Under the pieces are notes generated by a model. The model worked only from the letters and a program-made list of their open reading frames with translations. It did not search any database and was not told where the DNA came from. Of a stretch of DNA of 64,000 nucleotides, positions 19,234-27,940 are shown one piece after another. Position 1 is the stretch's first letter. Each line of letters begins with the position of its first letter. Origin of the DNA: an uncultured Collinsella sp. (GTDB lineage: Bacteria > Actinomycetota > Coriobacteriia > Coriobacteriales > Coriobacteriaceae); assembly GCA_902489775.1 (NCBI GenBank), contig CABUBH010000005.1, forward strand, positions 6,415-70,414. The letters are read 5' to 3'. A program made the translations under genes and the position numbers.

Positions 19234-22124
19234 CGCCGCCGCTCGTGGCGTGCGCGCCACAGTTGCAGATAGTGACCGATCTGCGCCGATTCGATGCGCT
19301 GGTAGGAGCTCGTGGGCAGCGACGTTAAGAACTTCTTTCCGTAGCCCTTCGTCACCAGGCGCGGGTCGGCCAGAATCAGCACGCCGCAATCAGTCGACGA
19401 GCGGATAAGGCGGCCGGCCGCCTGCTTGACCTCGAGCACCGCCTCGGGCAGCGAATAGCGCGCCCAAGCGCGGTCTTCGCGCAGGTTGCGCTCGCACGAG
19501 AGCGGGTCCGTGGGGCTCGAGAACGGCAGCTTGGGAATGATAACGCAGCGCAGCGTCTCGCCGCTGGCGTCGAACCCCTCCCAGAAAGCCTTAAGCGCAA
19601 AAAGCGATGAAGTCGGCTCGTTGATAAAACGATCGCGCAGACGGCGCGGGGACGAATTTCGCTGCTGACAGTTAAGCTCCAAGCCCGCACGGGCCAGCTT
19701 GGGCTCCACGCGGGCGAACAGGTCCTCCATGTCACGCCTGTTGGTGAACAGTGTGAGCACCGATCCGCCCATGGCAAGATGGGCGTCGACCAGCACGCGC
19801 TCGAGCGCCGTAAGATAGCTCTCACGATCGCGCGGATCGGGAATATCGCCCGCAACGACTACAGCCATGTTCGAATCGAAGTCGTAGCTCGAGTCCAAGT
19901 GCAGCGATGAGGATGTTGAAGCGCCGATGCGATCGAGGCCGACCGCGTGGTTAAAGTGTTCAAAGCTTTTGGACACCGTCATGGTCGCCGAGGCAAAGAT
20001 AGCCGTGTGGACCTCGGGCAACCACTCGGTCGCCAGGGCCTCGCCAATGTCGATGCGCTCGGCGGTCATTGACTCGCCGCCGGCACGCAGCCTGCGATTG
20101 ACCTGCAGCGAGTACACGTAGTGCTCATCGGTACCATCGATGATGAGTTTGAGGTTCTCCGTTAGTTCGTGCAAACGATGCGAGATATCACTCAGGTCGA
20201 CAACGGTCTCGGGCTTATCGCCGGCGACGGCTTGCACCAGCGCATCGACACTCTTGTCCGCTTGCTCCAGTGCGTCGATGGCGGCGTGCGCCGACTGCAT
20301 AAAATCATGCCAGTCGTCCGATTCGCGCAGCTCGGGGCCAATCCACAGGTTTGCGCTGTCGTAGCCCCCGCGGGCGCGTCGGCCCAGCTCACGAACACCA
20401 TCGAACACATCGGCAATCGCCATGCTCGCACGGGCGACGGTGGATGTCGCCTTGGCGGTTAGGCCAAGATAGAGCGTGGAGCCCTCAGAAGTCGCCAAAT
20501 CACGGGAAACCTGGCTCAGCGCACCGGAGCTCGAACCGCCCAGGCGCTCAAACAGAACGCGTGACTCATCGGCCGAGACCACGCGCGCCCACTGGCGGCG
20601 AGCCTCGCGCTCGATGGAATGGGCCTCGTCGACTACCCAATGGCGAATCGGGGGCAAAATCCTACCCTCGGCAGCGACATTGCGGAACAACAGCGAGTGG
20701 TTGGTGACCACCACGTCGGCATGCGCCGCACGGCGACGCGCGCCGTGAACCAGACATTTGTCGGGGAAGAACGGGCATAGGCGACGGGCACACTCGCGCG
20801 AGGCCGTCGTAAAGTCGGGACGATTGACGCTGCGCCAGCGAATGCCAAGCGAATCGAGGTCGCCGTCTGCCGACTGGCACACGTACGCCATGATGACCGC
20901 AACTGCCGTGAGCGTGTCAGCCGGATCGCGCTTGGTGGTGATCTCGACCTGGCCGCGACTCATGCGCTCGAGCTTGCGCAGGCACGGATAGTGGTCATAG
21001 CCCTTGAGGGCGCAAAATGACAGGCCGGCGTCCAGTTGTTCGGCAAGTTTTGGCAGCTCATGGTACATGAGTTGGTCGGCGAGATTATTCGATTTGGTCG
21101 CAATGCCAACGGTAATGTTGTTACGGCGTGCAGCCTCGGCAAAAGGCACCAGATAGGCCATCGACTTACCGACGCCCGTACCCGCCTCGATTACACGGTG
21201 CGTACCCGTGACGAGCGCATCGCGGACCTCGAGTGCCATCGCAATCTGCTCATCACGCGGCTCGTAGGTGGGATACATGCGATTGACCAGGCCACCCGGA
21301 GCATAATCCGCCTCGATTTCTTCGCGGCTCGGCATCTTGAGGACCGGCAGTTCGTCGGCATCCACGCGATCGTCGGCACGGTCGGCCTTGAGAACGTCGG
21401 CGCGTGCGGCGCTGAGTGAGAAGATGGAGCCCGGGTTCTGACCCGCCAAAAACGAGAAGATGGGACGATAAGACCAAGGCACATCGGGATGCATATCGGC
21501 CAAGCGCGTCATAAGACCCTGAGGCAGGTCGGTGAGCGCCACGAGCAGCACGCGCCACACCCCACACAGAGCGTCGACATCGGCATTCGCACGATGCGAC
21601 ACCGAGTCACAGCCGAACAGGTCGGCCATAAAGGACAACTTGTGCGACGCCAGGCGCGGCAGTGCGATGCGAGACAGCGCCAATGAATCGATCCAAATAT
21701 CGCTGACGTTAACTCCGCCCTTGACCGACTCGATAAACGAGCGGTCGAAGGTGGCGTTATGAGCGATGACTGGGCAACCGCCGACAAAATCGGCGAGAGC
21801 AGCCACGGCGTCGACGGCCGACGGAGCGTCAGCCACATCGGCGTTCGTAATGCTCGTGAGCTCGGTAATCTCGGCGGGAATCAACTGCTTGGGATGCACA
21901 AAGGTATCGAAGCGGTCAACGACCTCGCGGCCCGAGAGTCGGGCCGCGGAAATCTCAATCAGCTCATTGTCTTGCACCGAAAGACCCGTGGTCTCGGTGT
22001 CGAGGACGATGACATCCTCCTCGATAAGCCCGAACGACTGCGTCTTGGCACGCTCGGCAAGCGTGGCATAGGAATCGATGACAAACTGCGGCGTTCCAGG
22101 AGATACGGCGTCCTTGATTAGCAT
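19230..22124 (-). CDS. dinG: bifunctional 3'-5' exonuclease / DinG-family ATP-dependent helicase
   Basis: N-terminal DnaQ-like ExoI motif VIVLDTETTGL, Walker A AGTGVGKS, and the DEAH box as VVDEAHS. 964 aa. Confidence 0.9.
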   Translation of the reverse strand: MLIKDAVSPGTPQFVIDSYATLAERAKTQSFGLIEEDVIVLDTETTGLSVQDNELIEISAARLSGREVVDRFDTFVHPKQLIPAEITELTSITNADVADAPSAVDAVAALADFVGGCPVIAHNATFDRSFIESVKGGVNVSDIWIDSLALSRIALPRLASHKLSFMADLFGCDSVSHRANADVDALCGVWRVLLVALTDLPQGLMTRLADMHPDVPWSYRPIFSFLAGQNPGSIFSLSAARADVLKADRADDRVDADELPVLKMPSREEIEADYAPGGLVNRMYPTYEPRDEQIAMALEVRDALVTGTHRVIEAGTGVGKSMAYLVPFAEAARRNNITVGIATKSNNLADQLMYHELPKLAEQLDAGLSFCALKGYDHYPCLRKLERMSRGQVEITTKRDPADTLTAVAVIMAYVCQSADGDLDSLGIRWRSVNRPDFTTASRECARRLCPFFPDKCLVHGARRRAAHADVVVTNHSLLFRNVAAEGRILPPIRHWVVDEAHSIEREARRQWARVVSADESRVLFERLGGSSSGALSQVSRDLATSEGSTLYLGLTAKATSTVARASMAIADVFDGVRELGRRARGGYDSANLWIGPELRESDDWHDFMQSAHAAIDALEQADKSVDALVQAVAGDKPETVVDLSDISHRLHELTENLKLIIDGTDEHYVYSLQVNRRLRAGGESMTAERIDIGEALATEWLPEVHTAIFASATMTVSKSFEHFNHAVGLDRIGASTSSSLHLDSSYDFDSNMAVVVAGDIPDPRDRESYLTALERVLVDAHLAMGGSVLTLFTNRRDMEDLFARVEPKLARAGLELNCQQRNSSPRRLRDRFINEPTSSLFALKAFWEGFDASGETLRCVIIPKLPFSSPTDPLSCERNLREDRAWARYSLPEAVLEVKQAAGRLIRSSTDCGVLILADPRLVTKGYGKKFLTSLPTSSYQRIESAQIGHYLQLWRARHERRR

Positions 22125-23083
22125 GCAATGCCCGCTCGGCGAAGGCCCATGCGAATCAGGCTGTCACAGACCTGCGGGAACGTCATATCGTCCGTATGGC
22201 GAATCTCATCCGGATACAGCGACGTATCGGTCATACCCGGAATCGTATTGGTCTCGAGGATAACGGGGCCGTCCTCACTCACGATAAAGTCGCTGCGCGA
22301 GATGCCCAGGCAACCGAGGGCCTTGTGGGCAGCACAGGCAAGTTCCTGGGCGCGAGCGTAGTTCTCGGGCGAAATCTGAGCCGGAATGCGATGGATATCC
22401 GTGGGGTCGACGTACTTAACGTCCAGATTGTAGAACTCACAGTCCTCGGGCTTGCGAATCTCGACGATCGGCAGGGCGCGCACTTCGTCCTCGCCATACA
22501 CGCCCACCGTGATCTCGGTTCCCTCGATGCACTTCTCGACCAGCACCTTATCGCCGTACTCAAAGGCCTTGGCGATGGCGGCAGGCAGCTCGGAAGGCTC
22601 GTGAACCAGGGAGATACCATAGCTCGAACCATTGACGGCGGGCTTCACAAAGCAGCGCTCGCCACAAACCTCGACGATGTGATCGATATCGACTTCGTCG
22701 CCCGTCTCGAGTGCCAGACCAGGGGCAATGGGGATTCCTGCCTTGGCGTACAGGAGCTTCGAGACCTCCTTATCGGCACCACAGGCGCTCGCAAGCACGC
22801 CCGAGGCCGTGTAGGGGATACCCAAGGTCTCCATGGCGCCCTGCATGGCACCGTCCTCGCCGCCTGCTCCGTGCATGGCGATAAACGCCACGTCAAAGCC
22901 GCTGGTTGCCATGGTCACCATAAAGTTATCGGCAGCCGTGTCCAGCAGTTCAACCGAGGTGTAGCCGGCCTCCTTCAGGGCCGCCACGACGTTCTTTCCC
23001 GAATTGAGCGAAATCTCACGCTCAGCGGAATGACCACCCGCCAAGACCGCTACGTGCATGTTCTCTAGGCTTTTACCCGGCAT
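22118..23083 (-). CDS. ddl: D-alanine--D-alanine ligase
   Basis: HVAVLAGGHSAEREISLNSGKNV.. and the ATP-grasp region. Strong RBS GAGGAGGAG. 7-nt overlap with the dinG start. Confidence 0.95.
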   Translation of the reverse strand: MPGKSLENMHVAVLAGGHSAEREISLNSGKNVVAALKEAGYTSVELLDTAADNFMVTMATSGFDVAFIAMHGAGGEDGAMQGAMETLGIPYTASGVLASACGADKEVSKLLYAKAGIPIAPGLALETGDEVDIDHIVEVCGERCFVKPAVNGSSYGISLVHEPSELPAAIAKAFEYGDKVLVEKCIEGTEITVGVYGEDEVRALPIVEIRKPEDCEFYNLDVKYVDPTDIHRIPAQISPENYARAQELACAAHKALGCLGISRSDFIVSEDGPVILETNTIPGMTDTSLYPDEIRHTDDMTFPQVCDSLIRMGLRRAGIAC

Positions 23084-23168
23084 GGGCAGACTCCTCCTCT
23101 ATAATTTCTGCAGCTGATACCATATTGTAGCGATACCCTCTACGTTTCCCCAAAATCGAAAGGCTTCC

Positions 23169-24221
23169 ATGAATCCCAGGACTAAATCTCAGGACATTCG
23201 CGACTTGAGCCAAAACGATATCCGCGAGCTTGTTGCCGAACTTGGCCAGCCCGCCTTCCGCGCAAAGCAGCTCATCGAATGGGTCTTTGAGAAGAACGTT
23301 TGTTCGTTTGATGATATGACCAATCTACCCAAGGCTTTCCGTGAGCAGCTTAAAGACGCCTTTGCCTTCGATACGCCGACAGAGCTCACCAAGCAGGTTT
23401 CCAAGGACGGCTCTCGCAAGTATCTTCTCGAGTATCACGACGGCATTTCCGTTGAGACGGTTGGTATGCCGCGCCGCAACAAGCTGTCCGTCTGCGTTTC
23501 CACCCAGGCCGGCTGTGGCATGGGCTGCGCCTTTTGCGCCACCGGCCTCAACGGCCTTAAACGCTCGCTGACCGCACAGGAAATCGTCGACCAGGTGCTC
23601 CATGTTTCTAACGATTTTGGCGAGCGCGCGACGAGCGTCGTCTTTATGGGCCAGGGCGAGCCCTTCGCCAACTATGATGAGGTGCTTAAGGCCCTTCGCA
23701 TTCTTAACGATCCCGACGGTATCGGTATTGGTGCACGCCACCTTACCGTGTCCACCAGCGGCGTTATTCCCGGCATTCGCAAGTTCGCCGACATTCCCGA
23801 ACAGTTTACGCTCGCCGTCTCGCTGCACTCCGCTATCCAGTCTACGCGCAACAAGCTTATGCCCGGCGTTAAGAAATACACGTTGCTGCGCCTTCACGAG
23901 GCCCTGCAGCTTTACACCGAGAAGACCGGACGCCGCCCGACCTACGAATACGCAATGATTGAAGGCGTCAACGATACTAATCCTGAGATGCAGGCACTTT
24001 GCGACTTCTGCGAGGGAACGCTGTGCCACGTCAATCTGATTCAGCTCAACGACATTGAGGGCAGCCCGCTCAAGCCGTCTCCGATCCACAAGGTCGAAGA
24101 TCTTCAGCGTCGCCTTGAGTCCCGCGGTATTGAGACCACGATCCGCAATTCACGTGGCAACGACATTGACGCTGCCTGCGGTCAGCTGAAGCAGCGATTC
24201 AAAGTTCAAAAGAACGCGTAG
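23169..24221 (+). CDS. rlmN: 23S rRNA/tRNA (adenine-C2)-methyltransferase, radical SAM
   Basis: QAGCGMGCAFCATG CxxxCxxC cluster, with full-length RlmN-like sequence. Confidence 0.95.
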   Translation: MNPRTKSQDIRDLSQNDIRELVAELGQPAFRAKQLIEWVFEKNVCSFDDMTNLPKAFREQLKDAFAFDTPTELTKQVSKDGSRKYLLEYHDGISVETVGMPRRNKLSVCVSTQAGCGMGCAFCATGLNGLKRSLTAQEIVDQVLHVSNDFGERATSVVFMGQGEPFANYDEVLKALRILNDPDGIGIGARHLTVSTSGVIPGIRKFADIPEQFTLAVSLHSAIQSTRNKLMPGVKKYTLLRLHEALQLYTEKTGRRPTYEYAMIEGVNDTNPEMQALCDFCEGTLCHVNLIQLNDIEGSPLKPSPIHKVEDLQRRLESRGIETTIRNSRGNDIDAACGQLKQRFKVQKNA

Positions 24222-24237
24222 GGGAGACACCCGACAG

Positions 24238-24253
24238 CGTTTCATGTGAAACA
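24238..24253. promoter_or_regulatory. degenerate parS-like site
   Basis: CGTTTCATGTGAAACA versus the consensus TGTTTCACGTGAAACA (2 mismatches). Confidence 0.4.
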
Positions 24254-24257
24254 TCGA

Positions 24258-24298
24258 CGGCCTCGATTGCAGAAATTGCAATCGAGGCCGTTTCATTT
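24258..24298 (+). terminator. rlmN intrinsic terminator
   Basis: 14-bp stem CGGCCTCGATTGCA/TGCAATCGAGGCCG followed by TTTCATTT. Confidence 0.7.
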
Positions 24299-24350
24299 AT
24301 ATCCAAAGAACTTAGGCACTCAAACTTATTAAACAATTTTGAGTCGAAAT

Positions 24351-24388
24351 AAGGGGTCCTTGTCTTAAGTATCAGACAAGGACCCCTT
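24351..24388 (-). terminator. hairpin after the parB / small-membrane-protein operon
   Basis: 15-bp perfect stem AAGGGGTCCTTGTCT/AGACAAGGACCCCTT. The U-tract is weak. Confidence 0.5.
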
Positions 24389-24415
24389 TAGAATTGCTGA
24401 GTAATTGTTAGGTAC

Positions 24416-24670
24416 CTAATAACCAACGTTCTCCCATTGATGATTAACCCAATCCTGATTAATCTTGGGATTCTTAGTTACCTGAGCGGTTCGCATAGCG
24501 ACATCTTCCGTCATTACATCCATTTTCTTCTTAGATGTGTCGACAATATCCTGCGCTCCACGAAGCAGTCGACCTCGCAACTCCTCGTCTGTCGCGATCT
24601 TATATCCGGCAAAGGCACCAGCGGCGACGGTGGTTACCAAAGCAATCACTGTGAGGAACTTATTCTTCAT
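24416..24670 (-). CDS. small membrane-anchored protein (possibly YtxH-like)
   Basis: MKNKFLTVIALVTTVAAGAFAG TM helix followed by a charged helical region. The start overlaps the parB stop. Function is not supported beyond topology. Confidence 0.45.
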   Translation of the reverse strand: MKNKFLTVIALVTTVAAGAFAGYKIATDEELRGRLLRGAQDIVDTSKKKMDVMTEDVAMRTAQVTKNPKINQDWVNHQWENVGY

Positions 24671-25565
24671 CCTGATCCTCCTGACCAAATTGAATCATTT
24701 CGCCAAGAATGCGGGAAAGCTCTTCTTCGTCTTTGAATTCAATCTCAATCTTATTCTTACCGCGGGAGCTCTTCACTCGCACGTTGGTATTGAAAACCTG
24801 ACGAAGAACACGAGCAGCCTTCTTAAACGACTGAGGCGTTGCGGGTCTGGGTGTCTTCGGCGTCTCTCCGGCAGAAAACAATGGAGCAAGATTTTCTGTC
24901 GCACGTACCGAAAGACCTTCTGCAACCACCTTCTCGGCAAGTCGAATCCGAGCATCTTCGTAGGGAACAGCCAGAATCGCCCTTGCATGGCCAGCGGTAA
25001 GCTTTCCTTCAAAAATCATCTGCTGAACAACGTCAGGAAGATCTAGAAGACGGAGGGAATTGGTGATTGCAGAGCGCGACTTACTGACAGCCTTTGACAG
25101 GGCTTCCTGCGTCATACCACTTGCATCGATAAGCTGGCGATACCCCTTTGCCTCTTCAACGGGATTCAAATCGGAACGTTGAAGATTCTCGATAAGCGCC
25201 AGGGCAAGCATCTCTTCATCATTAACATCTTTAATGATGACGGGCAGTTCTTCAAGACCAGCAAGTTTCGACGCCTGATAACGGCGTTCACCGGCAATGA
25301 TCTCATAACCGTTACCATGTTTGCGAACCAACAGCGGTTGCAAAACACCGTGTTCCTGAATTGACTCGGACAACTCCCTGAGTTCAGTTTCATTGAAGTG
25401 AATACGTGGCTGATTCGGGTTTGGAACGATATCTTCAATCGGAAGCTTCGTTTCTGCTGCAGCATTTGAAGCTGAAGCTGCAGAACCACCGGTCTCATAT
25501 TCAGCTTCAGACACGAGCGCGTTTAGTCCACGGCCTAATCCACCGCGCTTCTTCACACTAGGCAC
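24660..25565 (-). CDS. parB: chromosome partitioning protein ParB/Spo0J
   Basis: GLGRGLNAL, IVPNPNQPR, and the arginine patch IIAGERRYQAS. GTG start overlapping the parA stop. Confidence 0.93.
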   Translation of the reverse strand: MPSVKKRGGLGRGLNALVSEAEYETGGSAASASNAAAETKLPIEDIVPNPNQPRIHFNETELRELSESIQEHGVLQPLLVRKHGNGYEIIAGERRYQASKLAGLEELPVIIKDVNDEEMLALALIENLQRSDLNPVEEAKGYRQLIDASGMTQEALSKAVSKSRSAITNSLRLLDLPDVVQQMIFEGKLTAGHARAILAVPYEDARIRLAEKVVAEGLSVRATENLAPLFSAGETPKTPRPATPQSFKKAARVLRQVFNTNVRVKSSRGKNKIEIEFKDEEELSRILGEMIQFGQEDQDEE

Positions 25566-26358
25566 GCTTGATCACCTCTTTTGCAAGGTTCATATATGCT
25601 TTTGCACCCTTATTTTGGGGTGCATAGGTAATTACAGGCTCACCAAAAGACGGAGCTTCGGAGATTTTAACTGTACGAGGAATCAATGTTTTAAATGCTT
25701 TGTCGCCAAAGTACGACTGAACCTCTTCAACGACCTGATTTGAAAGAGAAGTACGCGAGTCATACATCGTCATAAGAACGCCATAAGTATCCAAACCCTT
25801 ATTCAGACGCGATTTAACCATCTTCATTGACTCAAGAAGCTTCGTTACGCCCTCAAGCGCGTAATACTCGCACTGAATTGGGATCAAAACGCTATCTGCA
25901 GCCGTTAGTGCATTGATGGTTAGAAGTCCAAGCGAAGGCGGGCAGTCAATAAAGATGAAGTCAAACTCATCCTGAATCGGCTCAAGCAGATCTTTTAGAC
26001 GTGTTTCGCGTGCAATTGCACTCACAAGCTCAATTTCTGCGCCTGCAAGCTGAATTGTTGCCGGAATAACGAACACCTTTTTACAGTTCGTATCAAGAAC
26101 GAGCGATTCTGCAGGCACGTCATTCAACAATGCATCATAAATACAGTGATCAAGGTCTTCTTTTTCGATTCCAAAACCACTCGTGCTATTACCTTGCGGG
26201 TCAAAATCGACAATGAGCGTCTTCCGACCTTGTTCACCCAGTGCTGCGGCAAGATTTACAGCCGTTGTCGACTTACCAACACCGCCTTTTTGGTTGATGA
26301 TTGCAATGATACGCGTGTTTTTTGCGCTCTTGGAACGCTTAACGTCGCGAAATCCCAC
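25558..26358 (-). CDS. parA: chromosome partitioning ATPase ParA/Soj
   Basis: Deviant Walker A IINQKGGVGKSTTAVNLAAAL. GTG start preceded by AGGAGGG. Confidence 0.95.
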   Translation of the reverse strand: MGFRDVKRSKSAKNTRIIAIINQKGGVGKSTTAVNLAAALGEQGRKTLIVDFDPQGNSTSGFGIEKEDLDHCIYDALLNDVPAESLVLDTNCKKVFVIPATIQLAGAEIELVSAIARETRLKDLLEPIQDEFDFIFIDCPPSLGLLTINALTAADSVLIPIQCEYYALEGVTKLLESMKMVKSRLNKGLDTYGVLMTMYDSRTSLSNQVVEEVQSYFGDKAFKTLIPRTVKISEAPSFGEPVITYAPQNKGAKAYMNLAKEVIKRA

Positions 26359-26397
26359 GGTCCCTCCTGGTGTGTATTAATGCCGTTAAACGGAGGA

Positions 26398-26413
26398 TGT
26401 TTCACGTGAAACA
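26398..26413. promoter_or_regulatory. parS site (perfect consensus)
   Basis: TGTTTCACGTGAAACA, part of the 18-bp palindrome ATGTTTCACGTGAAACAT. Confidence 0.9.
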
Positions 26414-26436
26414 TTCCGATTTGTTATCAACTACGA

Positions 26437-26452
26437 TGTTTCACGTGAAACA
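26437..26452. promoter_or_regulatory. parS site (perfect consensus)
   Basis: TGTTTCACGTGAAACA, 39 bp from the previous copy. Confidence 0.9.
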
Positions 26453-26475
26453 TTTTGAGTCGACACTATCCATTA

Positions 26476-26491
26476 TGTTTCACGTGAAACA
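26476..26491. promoter_or_regulatory. parS site (perfect consensus)
   Basis: TGTTTCACGTGAAACA, 39 bp from the previous copy. It abuts the rsmG stop codon. Confidence 0.9.
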
Positions 26492-26492
26492 T

Positions 26493-27230
26493 CTAAGCAA
26501 GCGGATTCTTCTTCGCCATGCCATTAGCACGCGGAAGAGTAACGGATGCTGGACGAGACTTCTTAAGAATGATGAACTCACGATGCCCTAAGCCATCAGG
26601 CAAATCTAATTCATCGGTGAAAAGCGCTGTAAAGCCGCAGATCTTAGAAGCAGCCTCGCCAGAATCAAGCTCTTCATCTGTGGGATTGCCCTTAGTAATG
26701 ACAAAGAGTCCACCGTCTTTCAAATAAGGAGAAGCATATTCAACAAGAACCGGGAACGGAGCAAGTGCACGAGCAGTAACAACAGCAAATTGCTTCTTAT
26801 GAGAACGTGCATATTCTTCTAGACGATCATGAACAGCATGGGCGTGCTTCAGGCCAAGGCTCTTAACAAAAGAGTTAACAGCATCAACTTTCTTACCAAC
26901 TGAATCGATATAGGTTGCCTTACGGCCACTGGCAATAGTCAGAGGAATACCAGGGAAACCAGCACCAGTACCCATATCAAGCAGCGCACCCTCAGGGGCC
27001 TTATTGATATAAGGAAGTAATACAAGTGAGTCCAGAATGTGAAGAACTGCAGCATCGTCAACATTCAGAATGCGCGTAAGATTAGTAGCCTTATTGGTCT
27101 CCAATACAAGATCCAGGTGCTGAATACAGGCCCGAAGCTCGTCATCGGAAACCTTCAATGAATAGTCTTTGCAATACGAAGCAAGACGGCTAAGCATCTG
27201 GTTTGCTTGCTCATCAGTCAACACAAACAA
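26493..27230 (-). CDS. rsmG: 16S rRNA (guanine527-N7)-methyltransferase
   Basis: SAM-binding LLDMGTGAGFPGIPL. I place the start at TTG 27230 (RBS AAAGGAG plus 5 nt), because the track start 27299 lies inside the upstream terminator hairpin. Confidence 0.9.
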   Translation of the reverse strand: MFVLTDEQANQMLSRLASYCKDYSLKVSDDELRACIQHLDLVLETNKATNLTRILNVDDAAVLHILDSLVLLPYINKAPEGALLDMGTGAGFPGIPLTIASGRKATYIDSVGKKVDAVNSFVKSLGLKHAHAVHDRLEEYARSHKKQFAVVTARALAPFPVLVEYASPYLKDGGLFVITKGNPTDEELDSGEAASKICGFTALFTDELDLPDGLGHREFIILKKSRPASVTLPRANGMAKKNPLA

Positions 27231-27272
27231 GACGACTCCTTTCTGACAAAAATCAGTGTATCGAGAACTTTT

Positions 27273-27307
27273 GACAAAAAAAGGGGACGTGGAAACCACG
27301 TCCCCTT
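27273..27307 (-). terminator. intrinsic terminator between jag and rsmG
   Basis: 12-bp stem AAGGGGACGTGG/CCACGTCCCCTT, then TTTTTTGTC on the minus strand. Confidence 0.75.
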
Positions 27308-27325
27308 AGCATAAGCTCAAGCAGA

Positions 27326-27895
27326 TTATCGAGCAACAATCACTACGTGACGATCGGGGTCAGAGCCCTCAGAATGGGTATCGACCGCATCGTTGCCACG
27401 AAGTGCAATATGAACCAGTCGACGCTCATAGGCATTCATGGGCGGAAGCGAAACACTCTTATGAGTGCGAATAGCACGCTCGGCAGCAGACTGAGCCATG
27501 GATGCGACCTTGTCTTGACGGCGGCTCTTGTAGCCCTCAACGTCCACCACAACGGGATACCTAAAGCCAAGTTTACGGCTCACCTGAAGCGAGAACATGA
27601 CCTGAAGGGCATCAAGCGTACGACCGTGACGACCAATGAGAACAGCAAGGTCAGGAGCCGTTACGTCCAGAATCAGCTCGCCCTCATCGCCCTCATACTC
27701 ATCGATAGGAGAGTTGGCGGCATCGAAGTGCGAAAGGATGGAACGCAGAATAGAAATCGCAACATCGGCAATGGTGTCAAGCTCCTCATCAGTCAGCTCT
27801 TCACCAGCCTTGTAGCGCTGTGCAATCTCGGGATAATCGCCCGCAACCTGCGGGGCAACCTCCTCAAGCATATCCTCGATGATCTCTTCAGACAT
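27326..27895 (-). CDS. jag: Jag/KhpB RNA-binding protein (KH + R3H)
   Basis: R3H motif ERRLVHIALRG..VDTHSEG. Conserved position after yidC. ATG 27895 with GGAG 6 nt upstream. Confidence 0.88.
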   Translation of the reverse strand: MSEEIIEDMLEEVAPQVAGDYPEIAQRYKAGEELTDEELDTIADVAISILRSILSHFDAANSPIDEYEGDEGELILDVTAPDLAVLIGRHGRTLDALQVMFSLQVSRKLGFRYPVVVDVEGYKSRRQDKVASMAQSAAERAIRTHKSVSLPPMNAYERRLVHIALRGNDAVDTHSEGSDPDRHVVIVAR

Positions 27896-27940
27896 AACGT
27901 ACTCCAAAAGTTAGGTACCTAAATAAGATTGATATCCCGA

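Noticed and set aside
24407-24419. 13-mer GTTAGGTACCTAA (contains the palindrome TTAGGTACCTAA) at 24407-24419 and again at 27910-27922, roughly bracketing the parAB-rsmG-jag block
   Set aside because: A shared 13-mer is expected by chance tens of times among all position pairs in a 64-kb window. The right copy lies beyond jag, outside the compositional boundary at ~27300. This is not enough to call it att or recombination sites.
26397-26492. Three regularly spaced identical repeats that superficially resemble a mini-CRISPR array
   Set aside because: The repeat is the 16-bp consensus parS palindrome, located between rsmG and parA. The spacers are only 21 bp, there are no cas genes and no leader. 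I interpret it as a ParB loading site cluster.
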